The notes below the pieces were generated by a model, which worked only from the letters and a program-made list of their open reading frames with translations, searched no databases and was not told the origin of the DNA. Below are positions 47,040 to 57,397 of a DNA stretch of 64,000 nt, one piece after another (positions within the stretch are counted from its first letter, which is position 1; each line of letters begins with the position of its first letter). This DNA comes from Phycisphaerae bacterium (GTDB lineage: Bacteria > Planctomycetota > Phycisphaerae > UBA1845): contig CAXXGO010000003.1 in assembly GCA_963666835.2 (NCBI GenBank), positions 96,001-160,000 on the forward strand. Reading direction: 5' to 3'. A program made the position numbers and the translations under genes.

Positions 47040-49685
47040 ATGCCCACTTCGTCGGCGGTTGATTCCCTCACGCCGGCGATGCGCCAGTATGTGGAGCAGA
47101 AGGAACGGGTAAAAGATGCCGTTTTGCTGTTTCGCATGGGGGACTTCTACGAGACGTTCTGGGACGACGCCGTTCTGTGTTCCAAGGTGCTCGGTATCAC
47201 CCTTACGTCTCGTTCGAAGAAGGACGACCGGCCGATACCGCTGGCCGGGATCCCGCATCACGCCCTGGATTCGTACCTTCGAAGGTTGGTGGCGGCCGGG
47301 CACAAGGTGGCGATCTCCGAGCAGCTTGAGGATCCCAAACAGGCCAAGGGGGTCGTTAGGCGCGACGTGGTCCGGATCGTGACGGCCGGCACTCTGACTG
47401 AGGAGGCATTGTTGGATGATCGCTCCGACAATGTGCTGGCCTCTATCTGGCTACGAAACGGTGAAGCCGGTCTGGCTCTGGTGGAACTGGCCAGTGGTCG
47501 GTTCGAAGTGGTGGAGGTTGCCCCGGACGGTCTGCTAGATGAATTGGTGCGCAGTCGCCCGGCGGAGCTGCTTATCGACGACGATCGCGGCGGTGCGGTT
47601 GAAGAAGTCGGCGAGCAGGTGCGGCAGGTCTGCGGCGCGGTGGTCAGCCGCCGCCCCGCGCACGAATTCTCGGAGTATCAGGCGGAGCAGGCGCTGTTGC
47701 AGCACTTCGGCGTAAGCACGCTGGCCGGGTTCGGCTTTGCCGAGATGACCGCATCGCTAAGGGCCGCCGGATGCGTCGTGCAGTACTTACAGGAGACGCA
47801 GAAGACGGCGCTCGGGCACATTACCGCTATTCGGCACCGTCTCTGCGATGAGTATGTGCAGATCGACCACAGCAGTTGGCGTTCTCTGGAGATTGATCGG
47901 ACTCTGCGTAGTGGGGCGCGCGAGGGCACCTTGTTGAATGCGATCGATCGGACGGTTCATCCGACCGGCGGTCGAAAGCTCTCACACTGGTTGCGTACGC
48001 CCTGCACGGCGGCCTCGGACATCATCCGGCGGCAGGATGCTGTGGGAGCACTGGTCCTGGAGGACGCGGTCCGCGGGCGGATTCGTAACCTGGTCAAGTC
48101 GATGGCGGATGTGGAACGGATTGCCGCGCGAGTGGCGTTGAACCGGGCGACGCCGCGAGACCTTTACGGTCTGGGGCAGACCTTGGGCAAGCTGCCGGCG
48201 TTAACCGCGGAGCTGGAGCATGTCCAAGTGCGCTTTCTAATGGAGGTCGCAGACGATTTTGCAGGGATGGACGAACTGGCCGGTTTTCTCGAGCGAGCGA
48301 TCCACGAGGATCCGCCGCCGGGGATGGCCGAAGGAGGGTTTGTCGCCGAGGGCTTCAACGAGGAGCTTGATCGCTTGCGGGCGATCGGCAAAGACGGGCA
48401 GAGTTGGCTCTTGGAGTATCAATTGCGCGAGGTGGAACGAACCGGTATTGCAGCTCTTAAGGTCGGGTTCAACCGGGTCTTCGGGTATTACCTCGAGGTT
48501 CCGAACAGCGGGCGTAATCACGTTCCGCCCGAGTACGTACGCAAGCAGACCATCAAGAACGCCGAGCGTTACATTACCGACGAACTAAAGAAGTACGAGA
48601 CCGAGGTGCTTTCCGCGGCAGACCGCGCCCGCGAGCTGGAGATTCGCCTCTTCGAGCAGATCAGGACCGAGGTAGCCGGGCGGATGCGGTCTCTACTAAG
48701 TGTGGCGGACGGTCTCGGTCGCCTCGATTGTGTCGCCGGGTTGGCAGAGCTGGCCGGGCAACGCCGGTACGCGAGACCGGAGATAGTGGAAGGCGTGGTT
48801 CTTGACATTCGCGAGGGTCGCCATCCGGTGCTCGATCAGACGTTGGGGGATGGGTTCGTTCCGAACGACACGGTGATGGAGGATCCGGATTCGCGGGTCT
48901 TCGTGATTACCGGTCCGAACATGGCGGGCAAGAGCACGTACATTCGCCAGGTGGCGCTGCTTACGCTCTTGGCGCAGACGGGGTCGTTCGTCCCGGCCCG
49001 CAGCATGAAGTTCTCCATTGTTGACCGCATCTTCGCCCGTGTGGGCGCTTCCGACGAGATCATGCGGGGGCAGTCGACGTTCATGGTGGAGATGACCGAA
49101 GCGGCCAACATTTTGCACAATGCCACGAAACGCTCGCTCGTTGTGCTGGACGAATTAGGGCGGGGAACCAGCACTTTCGACGGCTTGTCGTTGGCTTGGG
49201 CGATCAGCGAGCACCTCGCCAACGAGACCAAGTGTCGGACTCTTGTCGCTACGCATTACCATGAGCTGACCGAGCTGGCCGAATTACTGAAGGGGGTGCG
49301 CAACTTCAATGTAGCGGTGCGCGAGTGCCCCGGTGTGGAGCGTCAAGAAGAGGGCATTGTCTTTCTGCACCGGATCGTGGAGGGCGGGGCCAGCAAGAGC
49401 TATGGGGTTCATGTGGCGCGGCTCGCCGGAATCCCGCGCCCGGTTATCCGCCGGAGCCGGGAGGTCCTGGACGAACTCCAGCGCGGCTTCGAGCGCGAAT
49501 CACGCACTCCGCAATTGGCGAGCCGCAAGACTCAAGACAATGCCCAAATGACCCTCTTCCGTGACCCGGGCGAGGATTTGCTTGATGAGCTCGCCGGGTT
49601 GGACCCGGCACGGATGACCCCTCTGGAGGCTCTCCAGCAACTGGCACAATGGAAGGAACGATTCCCGCCCGGCACCGCACCCTAA
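47040..49685 (+). CDS. mutS: DNA mismatch repair protein MutS
   Basis: TPAMRQY, FRMGDFYE, TGPNMAGKSTY, DELGRGTST, SYGVHVA. Confidence 0.98.
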   Translation: MPTSSAVDSLTPAMRQYVEQKERVKDAVLLFRMGDFYETFWDDAVLCSKVLGITLTSRSKKDDRPIPLAGIPHHALDSYLRRLVAAGHKVAISEQLEDPKQAKGVVRRDVVRIVTAGTLTEEALLDDRSDNVLASIWLRNGEAGLALVELASGRFEVVEVAPDGLLDELVRSRPAELLIDDDRGGAVEEVGEQVRQVCGAVVSRRPAHEFSEYQAEQALLQHFGVSTLAGFGFAEMTASLRAAGCVVQYLQETQKTALGHITAIRHRLCDEYVQIDHSSWRSLEIDRTLRSGAREGTLLNAIDRTVHPTGGRKLSHWLRTPCTAASDIIRRQDAVGALVLEDAVRGRIRNLVKSMADVERIAARVALNRATPRDLYGLGQTLGKLPALTAELEHVQVRFLMEVADDFAGMDELAGFLERAIHEDPPPGMAEGGFVAEGFNEELDRLRAIGKDGQSWLLEYQLREVERTGIAALKVGFNRVFGYYLEVPNSGRNHVPPEYVRKQTIKNAERYITDELKKYETEVLSAADRARELEIRLFEQIRTEVAGRMRSLLSVADGLGRLDCVAGLAELAGQRRYARPEIVEGVVLDIREGRHPVLDQTLGDGFVPNDTVMEDPDSRVFVITGPNMAGKSTYIRQVALLTLLAQTGSFVPARSMKFSIVDRIFARVGASDEIMRGQSTFMVEMTEAANILHNATKRSLVVLDELGRGTSTFDGLSLAWAISEHLANETKCRTLVATHYHELTELAELLKGVRNFNVAVRECPGVERQEEGIVFLHRIVEGGASKSYGVHVARLAGIPRPVIRRSREVLDELQRGFERESRTPQLASRKTQDNAQMTLFRDPGEDLLDELAGLDPARMTPLEALQQLAQWKERFPPGTAP

Positions 49686-50083
49686 CCGTGAGTCTTGGCG
49701 GCGAGCAGGCTCCGCACCAAGTCGACTAAGGCGGTGCGGTCTATCGGTTTGGACAGATAGTCGTCTGCTCCGCATTCGGCGGCCCGTTCGATGTCTCCGG
49801 TTTCATTCAACGCGGTGACCATTACCACGACGATGTCCCGTGTGTCCGGGTTACTTTTGATCCGTTTGCACACTTCGAAACCGGACATCTTCGGCATCAT
49901 GATGTCAAGGAGAAGAAGGTCAGGAGACTCCTGCTCCACCATCTCCATTGCCTCAAGCCCGTTGGTGGCCGTGATTACGCGCACATCAGGTACGCCCTCC
50001 ATGTACACTTCAAGGAGTTCGAGGTTCTGGGCATTGTCATCCACGAGCAGCACCGTCTGCTGCGTATCCCCGTCACTGGCCAT
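49682..50083 (-). CDS. single-domain response regulator
   Basis: LLVDD, LLLDIMMPKMSG, MVTA, YLSKP. Confidence 0.93.
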   Translation of the reverse strand: MASDGDTQQTVLLVDDNAQNLELLEVYMEGVPDVRVITATNGLEAMEMVEQESPDLLLLDIMMPKMSGFEVCKRIKSNPDTRDIVVVMVTALNETGDIERAAECGADDYLSKPIDRTALVDLVRSLLAAKTHG

Positions 50084-50230
50084 GTGATTCTCCGTTCGTC
50101 AATCCGTCGCCACTGCCTGTGTTTCTTTGCGCTGCCACGGCAGCTCCCGGCACGCCCCGATTGTACCCGCGTTGGCACCTGGAGTCACCTCGCTTGTTGG
50201 AGAGCCCGCTGGGCGTACCGTTGTACAGGG

Positions 50231-51601
50231 TCACTCCGGCTGCGGTGGGCGACGTTCCTCGGAGCCGGCGGCTGTGCGAGAGCGGAACACTCGCGCGATC
50301 AACAGGGCGATGATGATGGCGATGAAGGGCTCGCAAGGGGCTCGGTATCGCACCATGACGTGCGTCAGGCAGTACACGACAGAGAATGCCAGGGCCATTC
50401 CGATCAACCACCACACGTCCGGTCCGGGCCGCCGGACCAGGAGTAGAGTCAACACTATCAGCAGGCACTCGACGCTGAGGAAGATCGTGACCGTCTGTCG
50501 GGCTGGAGACGTCGGCCAACCGCTTCCTCCCGGCGGGGTGTGACTGAATGTAGTTCCAAGCCAGAAATCCACGGCGCGGATGGCGAAGAGACGAGCATAG
50601 CGACCCGGATCCGCCGCGATGGCGGCACGGGCGTGGCGTTCCTGCAACTTGAAGTACTCTTGCTCTCCGATGGCGATTACCTTTTGTTGCTCACGGCTGC
50701 TGCCCAACGGGTATTGTCGCAGAAACATCTCGGAGGGTTGTGTATCCGCTTCCGGGCAGACCCCCTGCCAGAGATTGAGCATGAACCCTCCGCGAATGTA
50801 AATGAGTTTGTCGAAGGCGCGGTAGTTGCGGATTGTCCACGGGGTGATTACCACGAGCCAACCGAGAACGACTACCGCAACCGTACCCGCCACGCGGTAG
50901 AGACTCTTCTTCCTTCCGCATCGGGTGATTGACCATAAGACCAGCAACGGATAGCAGGCTGTCAGCGCCGGATTGAGGAGGGCGAGTCCCCCAAGGAGCA
51001 CGCCCAGCCCGAACCTCGCCCACCACCCTGCAGGCTGCTCTGACTGACGAACGGCAACCCACGTGACCAGGACGGTGCCTAAGACGAACAGGTCAACGTC
51101 CCAGATTACTCCGGAGAACCCGATTAGCGTGGGATTCGCGGTGGCAATGACGGCCGCAAGCCAACCGGCGGTCCGTCCGCCGAGGCGTCGGGCAACGAGA
51201 AAGACCATGATGGAGGCCAGGGCCGTTGCGAGGGCGTTGATGGTCTGCAGTGCGACCGTGGCGGCAGTGGTTTCGACGCCGAACAGGCGATACACGCCAG
51301 CGACTAAAACAGCGTACGCCGGAGGCATCAGGCTGGAAGGCGCGTTGGTGATCTCCTTGGTGACCAGAGGAGTGGTGAGCGTTCCCTCGGTCAGAAAACG
51401 CTGCCCGACCGTTACGTACTCGCGATAATGGCCCGCGGGTGATTGTCCCAGACTGCCCACGACCGCGCAAAGGCCGAGGCGAAGCAGGAACGCGAGGGCG
51501 AACAGCGCGAACAAACGCAGAGACTCTCCCCTTGCCGGAGCCCGGCATGGGGAGAGTCGCGTGCAGGCAGAAGAACTTTCCACCGGTCCAGCCCTCACCA
51601 A
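50231..51601 (-). CDS. GT-C fold membrane glycosyltransferase (ArnT/PMT-like)
   Basis: Multi-TM; PPAY motif; PWTIRNY; C-terminal VRYRAP; start uncertain. Confidence 0.8.
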   Translation of the reverse strand: MVRAGPVESSSACTRLSPCRAPARGESLRLFALFALAFLLRLGLCAVVGSLGQSPAGHYREYVTVGQRFLTEGTLTTPLVTKEITNAPSSLMPPAYAVLVAGVYRLFGVETTAATVALQTINALATALASIMVFLVARRLGGRTAGWLAAVIATANPTLIGFSGVIWDVDLFVLGTVLVTWVAVRQSEQPAGWWARFGLGVLLGGLALLNPALTACYPLLVLWSITRCGRKKSLYRVAGTVAVVVLGWLVVITPWTIRNYRAFDKLIYIRGGFMLNLWQGVCPEADTQPSEMFLRQYPLGSSREQQKVIAIGEQEYFKLQERHARAAIAADPGRYARLFAIRAVDFWLGTTFSHTPPGGSGWPTSPARQTVTIFLSVECLLIVLTLLLVRRPGPDVWWLIGMALAFSVVYCLTHVMVRYRAPCEPFIAIIIALLIARVFRSRTAAGSEERRPPQPE

Positions 51602-51622
51602 GGCGAAACTCGTCTTCGGGGG

Positions 51623-52669
51623 CTAATGTTCCAGAACGAATCTGACGGCGCGCGCAAGCCGCTGATCGCTATTGCCGGGGTAATCGCGTTTTACTCCTCC
51701 GTAGATGTCCAGATGGACGGCCAGCCCGGCCTCGGTGAAATCAGCTTCGATTTCCCGGACCTCGTCGGCTCGGCTGTCTTCCTCGCTGACCAGCAGGGCG
51801 AAGCTGGGCGCCGGAGACCGCAAGCCGCTTGCCGTTTTTATCAGTGTTTTGTCGTACGCAGGGGCGACGGCAACGGCTCCTCGGATCTTCATCATGTGTC
51901 GATAAGCGGATACCAGCGCCGCGACGCCGCCCTCTGAGAAGCCGGCGACGGCGATGCGCTTATCATCAATGTTGTACTTTCTGATTGCAGCTTCGAGCGC
52001 CTGCTCTATTGCATAATCGGCTTCGTGGGAGCGCTCTATTGTGTTGCCCCAGCCAACCCCGCCGCCCTTGGCGGGACGAGTGGCTCGCGGCAAGTACATG
52101 ATGGCGCCAAGGTGTTCCGCCGGCGCTTTCCAGTGTTTCGCACATTCCTCGGCAGTCCGGCCTTCGCCGTGCATGACAATCAAGAGCGGGGCCGACTTCT
52201 TGGGGTCGTACGAGGACGGCACGACCTCCAATGGAGGGTTCTTGGCCAGAGCCTCGGTGAACTCCTTCCAGGAAGCCAGCCGGTTCTTGCGAATGTCGTC
52301 GAGGATCTTCTTGAAGGTCTCGTTAGTCCACAGTATAGCCAAATCGGGTTCGGTCTTTGCCAGCTTGATTTCCGGAAAGCCGTTGTCGGCCGCCTTCTGA
52401 AACCACTTCAGCGCGTTGTCCTTGTCGCCCTGAAGGGCGTACACCCGGGCCAAGTTAAACGGGAACATGTAGTCCTTCGGTGATGTTTCGCAGAGCTTCA
52501 GTCCGATTTTGATCGCGTCTTCAAATTCTCCCGCCTTGTATGCGGCGTCGAACTTCTGACTGAGATCGTTCTGCTTCGCGGAATCTTCCGGCCCGGCAAC
52601 GGCTGCGTTTGTCAGAAGAGCCGCGAGGACAATGGCCCCGAACTGACGGTACGATCTTGTGGATGACAT
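51623..52669 (-). CDS. exported TPR plus alpha/beta-hydrolase (esterase-like) protein
   Basis: Signal peptide; TPR (FNLARVYALQGDKDNALKWFQKA); MHG oxyanion motif; GFSEGG nucleophile elbow. Confidence 0.85.
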   Translation of the reverse strand: MSSTRSYRQFGAIVLAALLTNAAVAGPEDSAKQNDLSQKFDAAYKAGEFEDAIKIGLKLCETSPKDYMFPFNLARVYALQGDKDNALKWFQKAADNGFPEIKLAKTEPDLAILWTNETFKKILDDIRKNRLASWKEFTEALAKNPPLEVVPSSYDPKKSAPLLIVMHGEGRTAEECAKHWKAPAEHLGAIMYLPRATRPAKGGGVGWGNTIERSHEADYAIEQALEAAIRKYNIDDKRIAVAGFSEGGVAALVSAYRHMMKIRGAVAVAPAYDKTLIKTASGLRSPAPSFALLVSEEDSRADEVREIEADFTEAGLAVHLDIYGGVKRDYPGNSDQRLARAVRFVLEH

Positions 52670-53009
52670 ACTTGATCCTCCCCATTCGGCAATCAGCACG
52701 GCCGAGGCACGTCGGCCGTGCGAAGATCGCCGACGTAGAACGTCGCCGCCGGCACAACCAGGCCGCCGCGACGCAGTGAACTACAGGTCTACCTACCCCT
52801 ATTGATCGGTTTCGAATCCGACACACTTTTAGTGTGTTACGAAACCGGCGTTGCTTCCTTCGTTTGCCCGCGGAGGGCTTCCTCCTTTCGCGTCACTGCG
52901 TGGCCGACGCCGGCAAACTGCCGGCAAGACAATTACGGTCTCTGGTCGTTCGCCCGCAAGAGACGCGGTTGCCGCCCGGCTCGCCTGGTTTGGCTTCGCC
53001 GCCGGCACA

Positions 53010-53585
53010 CTAGGCCAGTTGGTACTGCCCGAACCCGATCTTCTTGACGTTCTTCAATTGGGGCAGTGCATTGCTGACGGCTTTGGTTAGGTCTTTGGCC
53101 TTCGACTTGTAGCCGGATGCCAGGATTTTGGTCCCGATCTCTCGAGGGCTCATCGGCTTAGTGCGCTGCCCGAGCACCTTGACTATGTAGCTCTTCAGGG
53201 AACCCTGTCGCACGCCACCTCCAGCGGGGCGACCGCGTCGTACCGGCGCTGAAACTGCTTTCACACCAGCCGATGGAGCCGAACCCATCACGGCCATGGC
53301 GTCGCCAATTGCTGCAAGCTTGGCGTCGATCTGGCTACGTTCGGAAACCAGCGAGTCGTAACAGTGTTGCATGTCAGCGACCAACCTGGTCATATCCTCT
53401 GCGACCGGGAGGGCGGCGCCGGCCTGAACCGCCTTGCGTTTTGGGGCGGCCTTCCGCAGCGCCGGCCTTGCCTTGGCCGAGGCTTTCTTGCCTATCCCAT
53501 GCGTCGAGCTCATGTGCCTTGCCAGATGCGCGGGCATCGCGAACGTTCGGTCACATTTGGTGCATTTGAGTCTGCCGCGGGCCAT
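53010..53585 (-). CDS. C2H2 zinc finger / coiled-coil / winged-helix DNA-binding protein
   Basis: CTKC-x3-F-x5-L-x2-H-x4-H; Lys/Ala-rich linker; RRGRP; C-terminal wHTH-like segment; AAAGGAG RBS. Confidence 0.8.
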   Translation of the reverse strand: MARGRLKCTKCDRTFAMPAHLARHMSSTHGIGKKASAKARPALRKAAPKRKAVQAGAALPVAEDMTRLVADMQHCYDSLVSERSQIDAKLAAIGDAMAVMGSAPSAGVKAVSAPVRRGRPAGGGVRQGSLKSYIVKVLGQRTKPMSPREIGTKILASGYKSKAKDLTKAVSNALPQLKNVKKIGFGQYQLA

Positions 53586-54396
53586 GTGAGAATCTCCTTT
53601 GTAGTAAGTAATAGGTAACCAAGTTCGAAGCACCATACGCGACGTACCGAGCACTCGCAAGTGGACCTGTGGCAAAACCGCGGGATTTCGCTGACTTGCA
53701 GCTTTCGTATTAAAGCAGCCGTTTCTTAGTTGCCATGGGAGTTGCGTATGTCATCATTCATGAGCCCGTTGTCTCGACGAGTAGTCCGGAGATCCTCGCG
53801 ACTATCGACGAGCGGGCGAGCTTAAGAGACTTCTGATGTTCGTTCGCCCCGTTGCGACAAATGCAGCCAATTGCCGCGCGCGGTTAGCACGCGTCGCTGG
53901 AACGGCGGCGTTCGGTTCGATTAAACGCCATGCGCGCCGGTGAGTTAACTGCGGTGGCCGAGGAATCACCGCCTGTTGACTCTGTCCTGGCACTTGGTTT
54001 GCTAGTATTCCCACAGTATGTCTAAAGGATACTGACTCTCAGTTGATCGGTGGGGTCGACGCGTGGACGGAGAAATCGGCACGCCGCTTCGATGCCAAGT
54101 AGCGCGGGGAGGGCGATTCCGGTCAAGGCCGACCGGCTTTCGGTGGAGTAGCTCCGACGGTTATGCGTGGGAGTCTGGCATCCTGGGGCGCTGCGAGTAT
54201 ATTGGGATGCGCAGTTTCAAGATGTAACGCGCTCGCGAGCGGGCGTCGGCTCTGCCGTTGCGGCGGTGAAGCGCGTTTTTTCACAGTGCCCGGGAGGGCG
54301 CTAGGCGTAGGTTTCGGTCACGGCCCGGCGCAGGGTCTTCGTCGGCCGGGCGGTTGGGCGGAGCATGCGTTATGGTCATCGGGAGGAAAAACGGAC

Positions 54397-54804
54397 ATGG
54401 CTGGTGAGCACATCGTAATCATCGACGACGATCCTGACGTGCGCGAAGCGCTGACTTTGATGTTGGAGCCGGCCGGCTACCGGCTGACCTGTTGTTCGAC
54501 GGGTCCTGAGGGAACTGACGCCATTCGAAATGATCCGCCTGACTTGATTTTGTTGGATATCATGCTGGCGTCTCCCTCGGAGGGGTTTCACCTTGCTTAC
54601 GAATTGAAGAAGGACGAGGCGCTCAGCGGCATCCCTATCATCATGATTTCGGCGATTGGCCAAACGATGGGGATGGACTATGCGAAGGAGCTGGGCAGCG
54701 AGTATGTCCCCGCGGAGAAGTTCCTCGACAAACCTCTGAAGGCGGATGTGGTACTTGGGGCCGTTAGTGAGGCGCTTGCGAAGCGACCCGGAGGCGGTGA
54801 GTAG
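54397..54804 (+). CDS. single-domain response regulator
   Basis: IIDDD, LILLDIM, MISA, FLDKP; GGAGG RBS. Confidence 0.92.
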   Translation: MAGEHIVIIDDDPDVREALTLMLEPAGYRLTCCSTGPEGTDAIRNDPPDLILLDIMLASPSEGFHLAYELKKDEALSGIPIIMISAIGQTMGMDYAKELGSEYVPAEKFLDKPLKADVVLGAVSEALAKRPGGGE

Positions 54805-54836
54805 CATTCCGGCGGGGCCTAGAGGCGGACTGGACC

Positions 54837-56321
54837 ATGCAGGGCGTGCAAAGCCTTAGTCGCCTTCTTCCACACGGGAAGTTCCGTGCGCGGGTGTTGC
54901 AGGCAATGATCCGCCACCACTGGTTCATCCGGATGCGGTGGGTCATTGTGTTGGCGACGGCGGCGCTGCTGGTCATCGAGTGGCTGCAGATGCCGGGGCT
55001 GCGCAGGCCTTCCGCCGTTGCTTTAGCCGTTAGTTGGCTCGCAATAATAAACTTGGTTTGGATGCTCGTCGGCAGGGGGTTGTTGGTGGCCGGCGGCGAG
55101 GGCGACACGATTGCTCCGGGGGTTCTCCGCCGCGTCACGGTGTTCACTAATGCGCAGATGATGGTAGACCTGCTCTTCCTTACCATAATTCTGCGGTATA
55201 CCGGCGGAATCGAGAACCCGATGGCGATCTTCTACCTGTTTCATGTGTTGATCGCCACGCTACTGTTGACCTCGGCGAACGCACTACTGCAGGGGTTCTG
55301 GGCTCTGCTCCTATACAGTGTATTAGCGGTCGGAGAGTGTTGTGGGTTCATCCGGCCGCACTATCCGTTCATGGCCTCGATGGCGGAGTCTAAGCTGTAC
55401 CTGGATTGGGTCTATGTGTTGACTAGCGTGGGCGTGTTGGCCGCCGGCGTGTTTGGGACGGCATACTTCACCCAACAGATCTCCAGTCGCTTGGATGACC
55501 AGGAGGGGGAACTGTACGAGGCGAACAACGCGCTTCGGCGGAGCCAGGTGGCCATTCAAGATCTGCAGGCCAGGCGGTCGAGATTCATGCTGACGGCGGC
55601 TCACCAGCTAAAAGGCCCCCTTGCCGGGATCGAAACGTTGGCGGGGTTGATTCGCGACCGGGTAGTCGGAGCCGACGCTTTGGATGGCGTGGTGACGCGG
55701 ATTGTGTCGCGGTGTCAGCAGGCGATCGTCCAGGTGACTGAATTGCTCACGCTGGCGCGGGTGCAGGAGGCGGCTCCGTTGAAACACCAAGCGGCGGACA
55801 CGCCGGTCGCCGAAGTCCTGGGGAAGGTAGTCAGGAGTTTCTCTGAGCTGGCGGCGTACAAGCGCATCGATTTGCAGTTTTCTCTGGAGTTGGGCGAAGG
55901 GGCGCTGGCCGCCGTAGACTCGCGGGACTTGGAGGATTGTATTAGCAATCTCGTTGATAATGCGATCAAATATACACCGGAGGGGGGCAAAGTCTGGGTG
56001 CGGGCGAGTCGCGACCACGAGACTATCTCGATTTCCGTCAAGGACAATGGAATGGGGATTGCTGAGGACTCGGAAGACGATTTGTTCGATCCGTTCCGGC
56101 GTGGTAACCTAGCGTTGGCGGCCAGCATTCCCGGGTCTGGTTTGGGGCTGGCCATCGTCCGCGAGGTTGTCGAACAGGCCGGCGGGCGGATTGAAGTGCG
56201 ATCTGCGGCCGGCGAGGGATCGGAGTTCACTCTGGTGTTACCCACGCACGATGCGCCGGTGGCGGCAGTGCGGGGAACGCGGACAACCATTATGAGTAGC
56301 CACGCGTCGCCCGCAGAGTGA
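54837..56321 (+). CDS. membrane-bound sensor histidine kinase
   Basis: About 5 TM; H-box AHQLKGPL; N-box NLVDNAIKY; G boxes DNGMGI, GSGLGL. Confidence 0.93.
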   Translation: MQGVQSLSRLLPHGKFRARVLQAMIRHHWFIRMRWVIVLATAALLVIEWLQMPGLRRPSAVALAVSWLAIINLVWMLVGRGLLVAGGEGDTIAPGVLRRVTVFTNAQMMVDLLFLTIILRYTGGIENPMAIFYLFHVLIATLLLTSANALLQGFWALLLYSVLAVGECCGFIRPHYPFMASMAESKLYLDWVYVLTSVGVLAAGVFGTAYFTQQISSRLDDQEGELYEANNALRRSQVAIQDLQARRSRFMLTAAHQLKGPLAGIETLAGLIRDRVVGADALDGVVTRIVSRCQQAIVQVTELLTLARVQEAAPLKHQAADTPVAEVLGKVVRSFSELAAYKRIDLQFSLELGEGALAAVDSRDLEDCISNLVDNAIKYTPEGGKVWVRASRDHETISISVKDNGMGIAEDSEDDLFDPFRRGNLALAASIPGSGLGLAIVREVVEQAGGRIEVRSAAGEGSEFTLVLPTHDAPVAAVRGTRTTIMSSHASPAE

Positions 56322-56344
56322 GGTAGGCGCTGGGAGAAAGACCG

Positions 56345-57397
56345 ATGCTCGACCGAATCGTGAAGCGCAGCCGGCTCCTTGAGCTGGTCGACGAGCTTGC
56401 TTTGTCTCGCAAGATTATCGGCCCGGTGAAGCGTTTTGATCATCACTTCTACGAGCGTGTGGACCGTGCCAGCGAGATTGACTTGGATTTTAAGTACTGC
56501 GTATACAGCCCCAAGGCAGTGCTATTCCCGGCGCACGATACGTTGTTCCAGTTCAAGCGGGGCGCCGGCGGGTTCGAGACGAAGACCTCCGTGGACGATG
56601 CCTCATACGCGATTGTGGGCGTGCACCCATGTGATGTGAACGCCATCCGGTTGCTGGATCACGTGTTTGCGAACACGAACCGCGATGAGCACTACCTGGC
56701 GCGCCGCCGCCAGACGTTTATCATCGGGATTGACTGCGCGGCTCCTTGCACTAACGGCGTGTTCTGCGGCGATATGGGTGGTAATGAAGCTCCGGACGGG
56801 TTCGATCTGATGTGCTCGGCGTTGCCGGCGACGGATGATTCCGGCGACGTGCGTTACGGGGTGGTCTTCGGAACGGATGCCGGGCGGGAGTTCCTCCTGT
56901 ATGCTCAGGCGGGGGAGTCTCCGACTGTGGAGGACGAGCGAGCGTTCGCTCGCTATCGGGCCGAGAAGGAGGCCGCCTTCCCGCCGGTGATTCCTGACAA
57001 CGTGGAGACGCTCCCCAGTTTGCTCGACCGGAGCTACGACTCGCTGCTTTGGGAAGCGACCGGGCGGCGCTGTTACTCTTGCGGAAGCTGCAATCTGAGC
57101 TGCCCTACGTGCTATTGTTTCAATACTTACGACGAACTGGATATGACCCTGGCCGCGGGGGAGCGTAAGCGGGAGTGGGACGGATGCCAACTTCGCGAGT
57201 TTGCGATGGTGGCCGGCGACCACAACTTCCGCTCGCAATCGGCGGCGCGCCTGCGGCATCGGATTTACCGTAAGGCGAAGTGGATCAAGGAACGTGAGGG
57301 GATTGCCGGGTGCGTAGGTTGCGCCCGATGCGATCGGGCCTGCACGGCCAAGATCAGCTCAGTGGAGATCTACAGACAACTCGCTGAGGAGGCATGA
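56345..57397 (+). CDS. hydB: group 3b [NiFe]-hydrogenase (sulfhydrogenase) beta subunit, Fe-S
   Basis: GVHPCD, CYSCGSCNLSCPTCYC, CVGCARCDRAC. Confidence 0.9.
   Translation: MLDRIVKRSRLLELVDELALSRKIIGPVKRFDHHFYERVDRASEIDLDFKYCVYSPKAVLFPAHDTLFQFKRGAGGFETKTSVDDASYAIVGVHPCDVNAIRLLDHVFANTNRDEHYLARRRQTFIIGIDCAAPCTNGVFCGDMGGNEAPDGFDLMCSALPATDDSGDVRYGVVFGTDAGREFLLYAQAGESPTVEDERAFARYRAEKEAAFPPVIPDNVETLPSLLDRSYDSLLWEATGRRCYSCGSCNLSCPTCYCFNTYDELDMTLAAGERKREWDGCQLREFAMVAGDHNFRSQSAARLRHRIYRKAKWIKEREGIAGCVGCARCDRACTAKISSVEIYRQLAEEA

Noticed and set aside
54266..54286. GTGAA...TTCAC as a Rex operator upstream of the hydrogenase region
   Set aside because: Half-site spacing is much longer than the Rex consensus and the flanks do not match.
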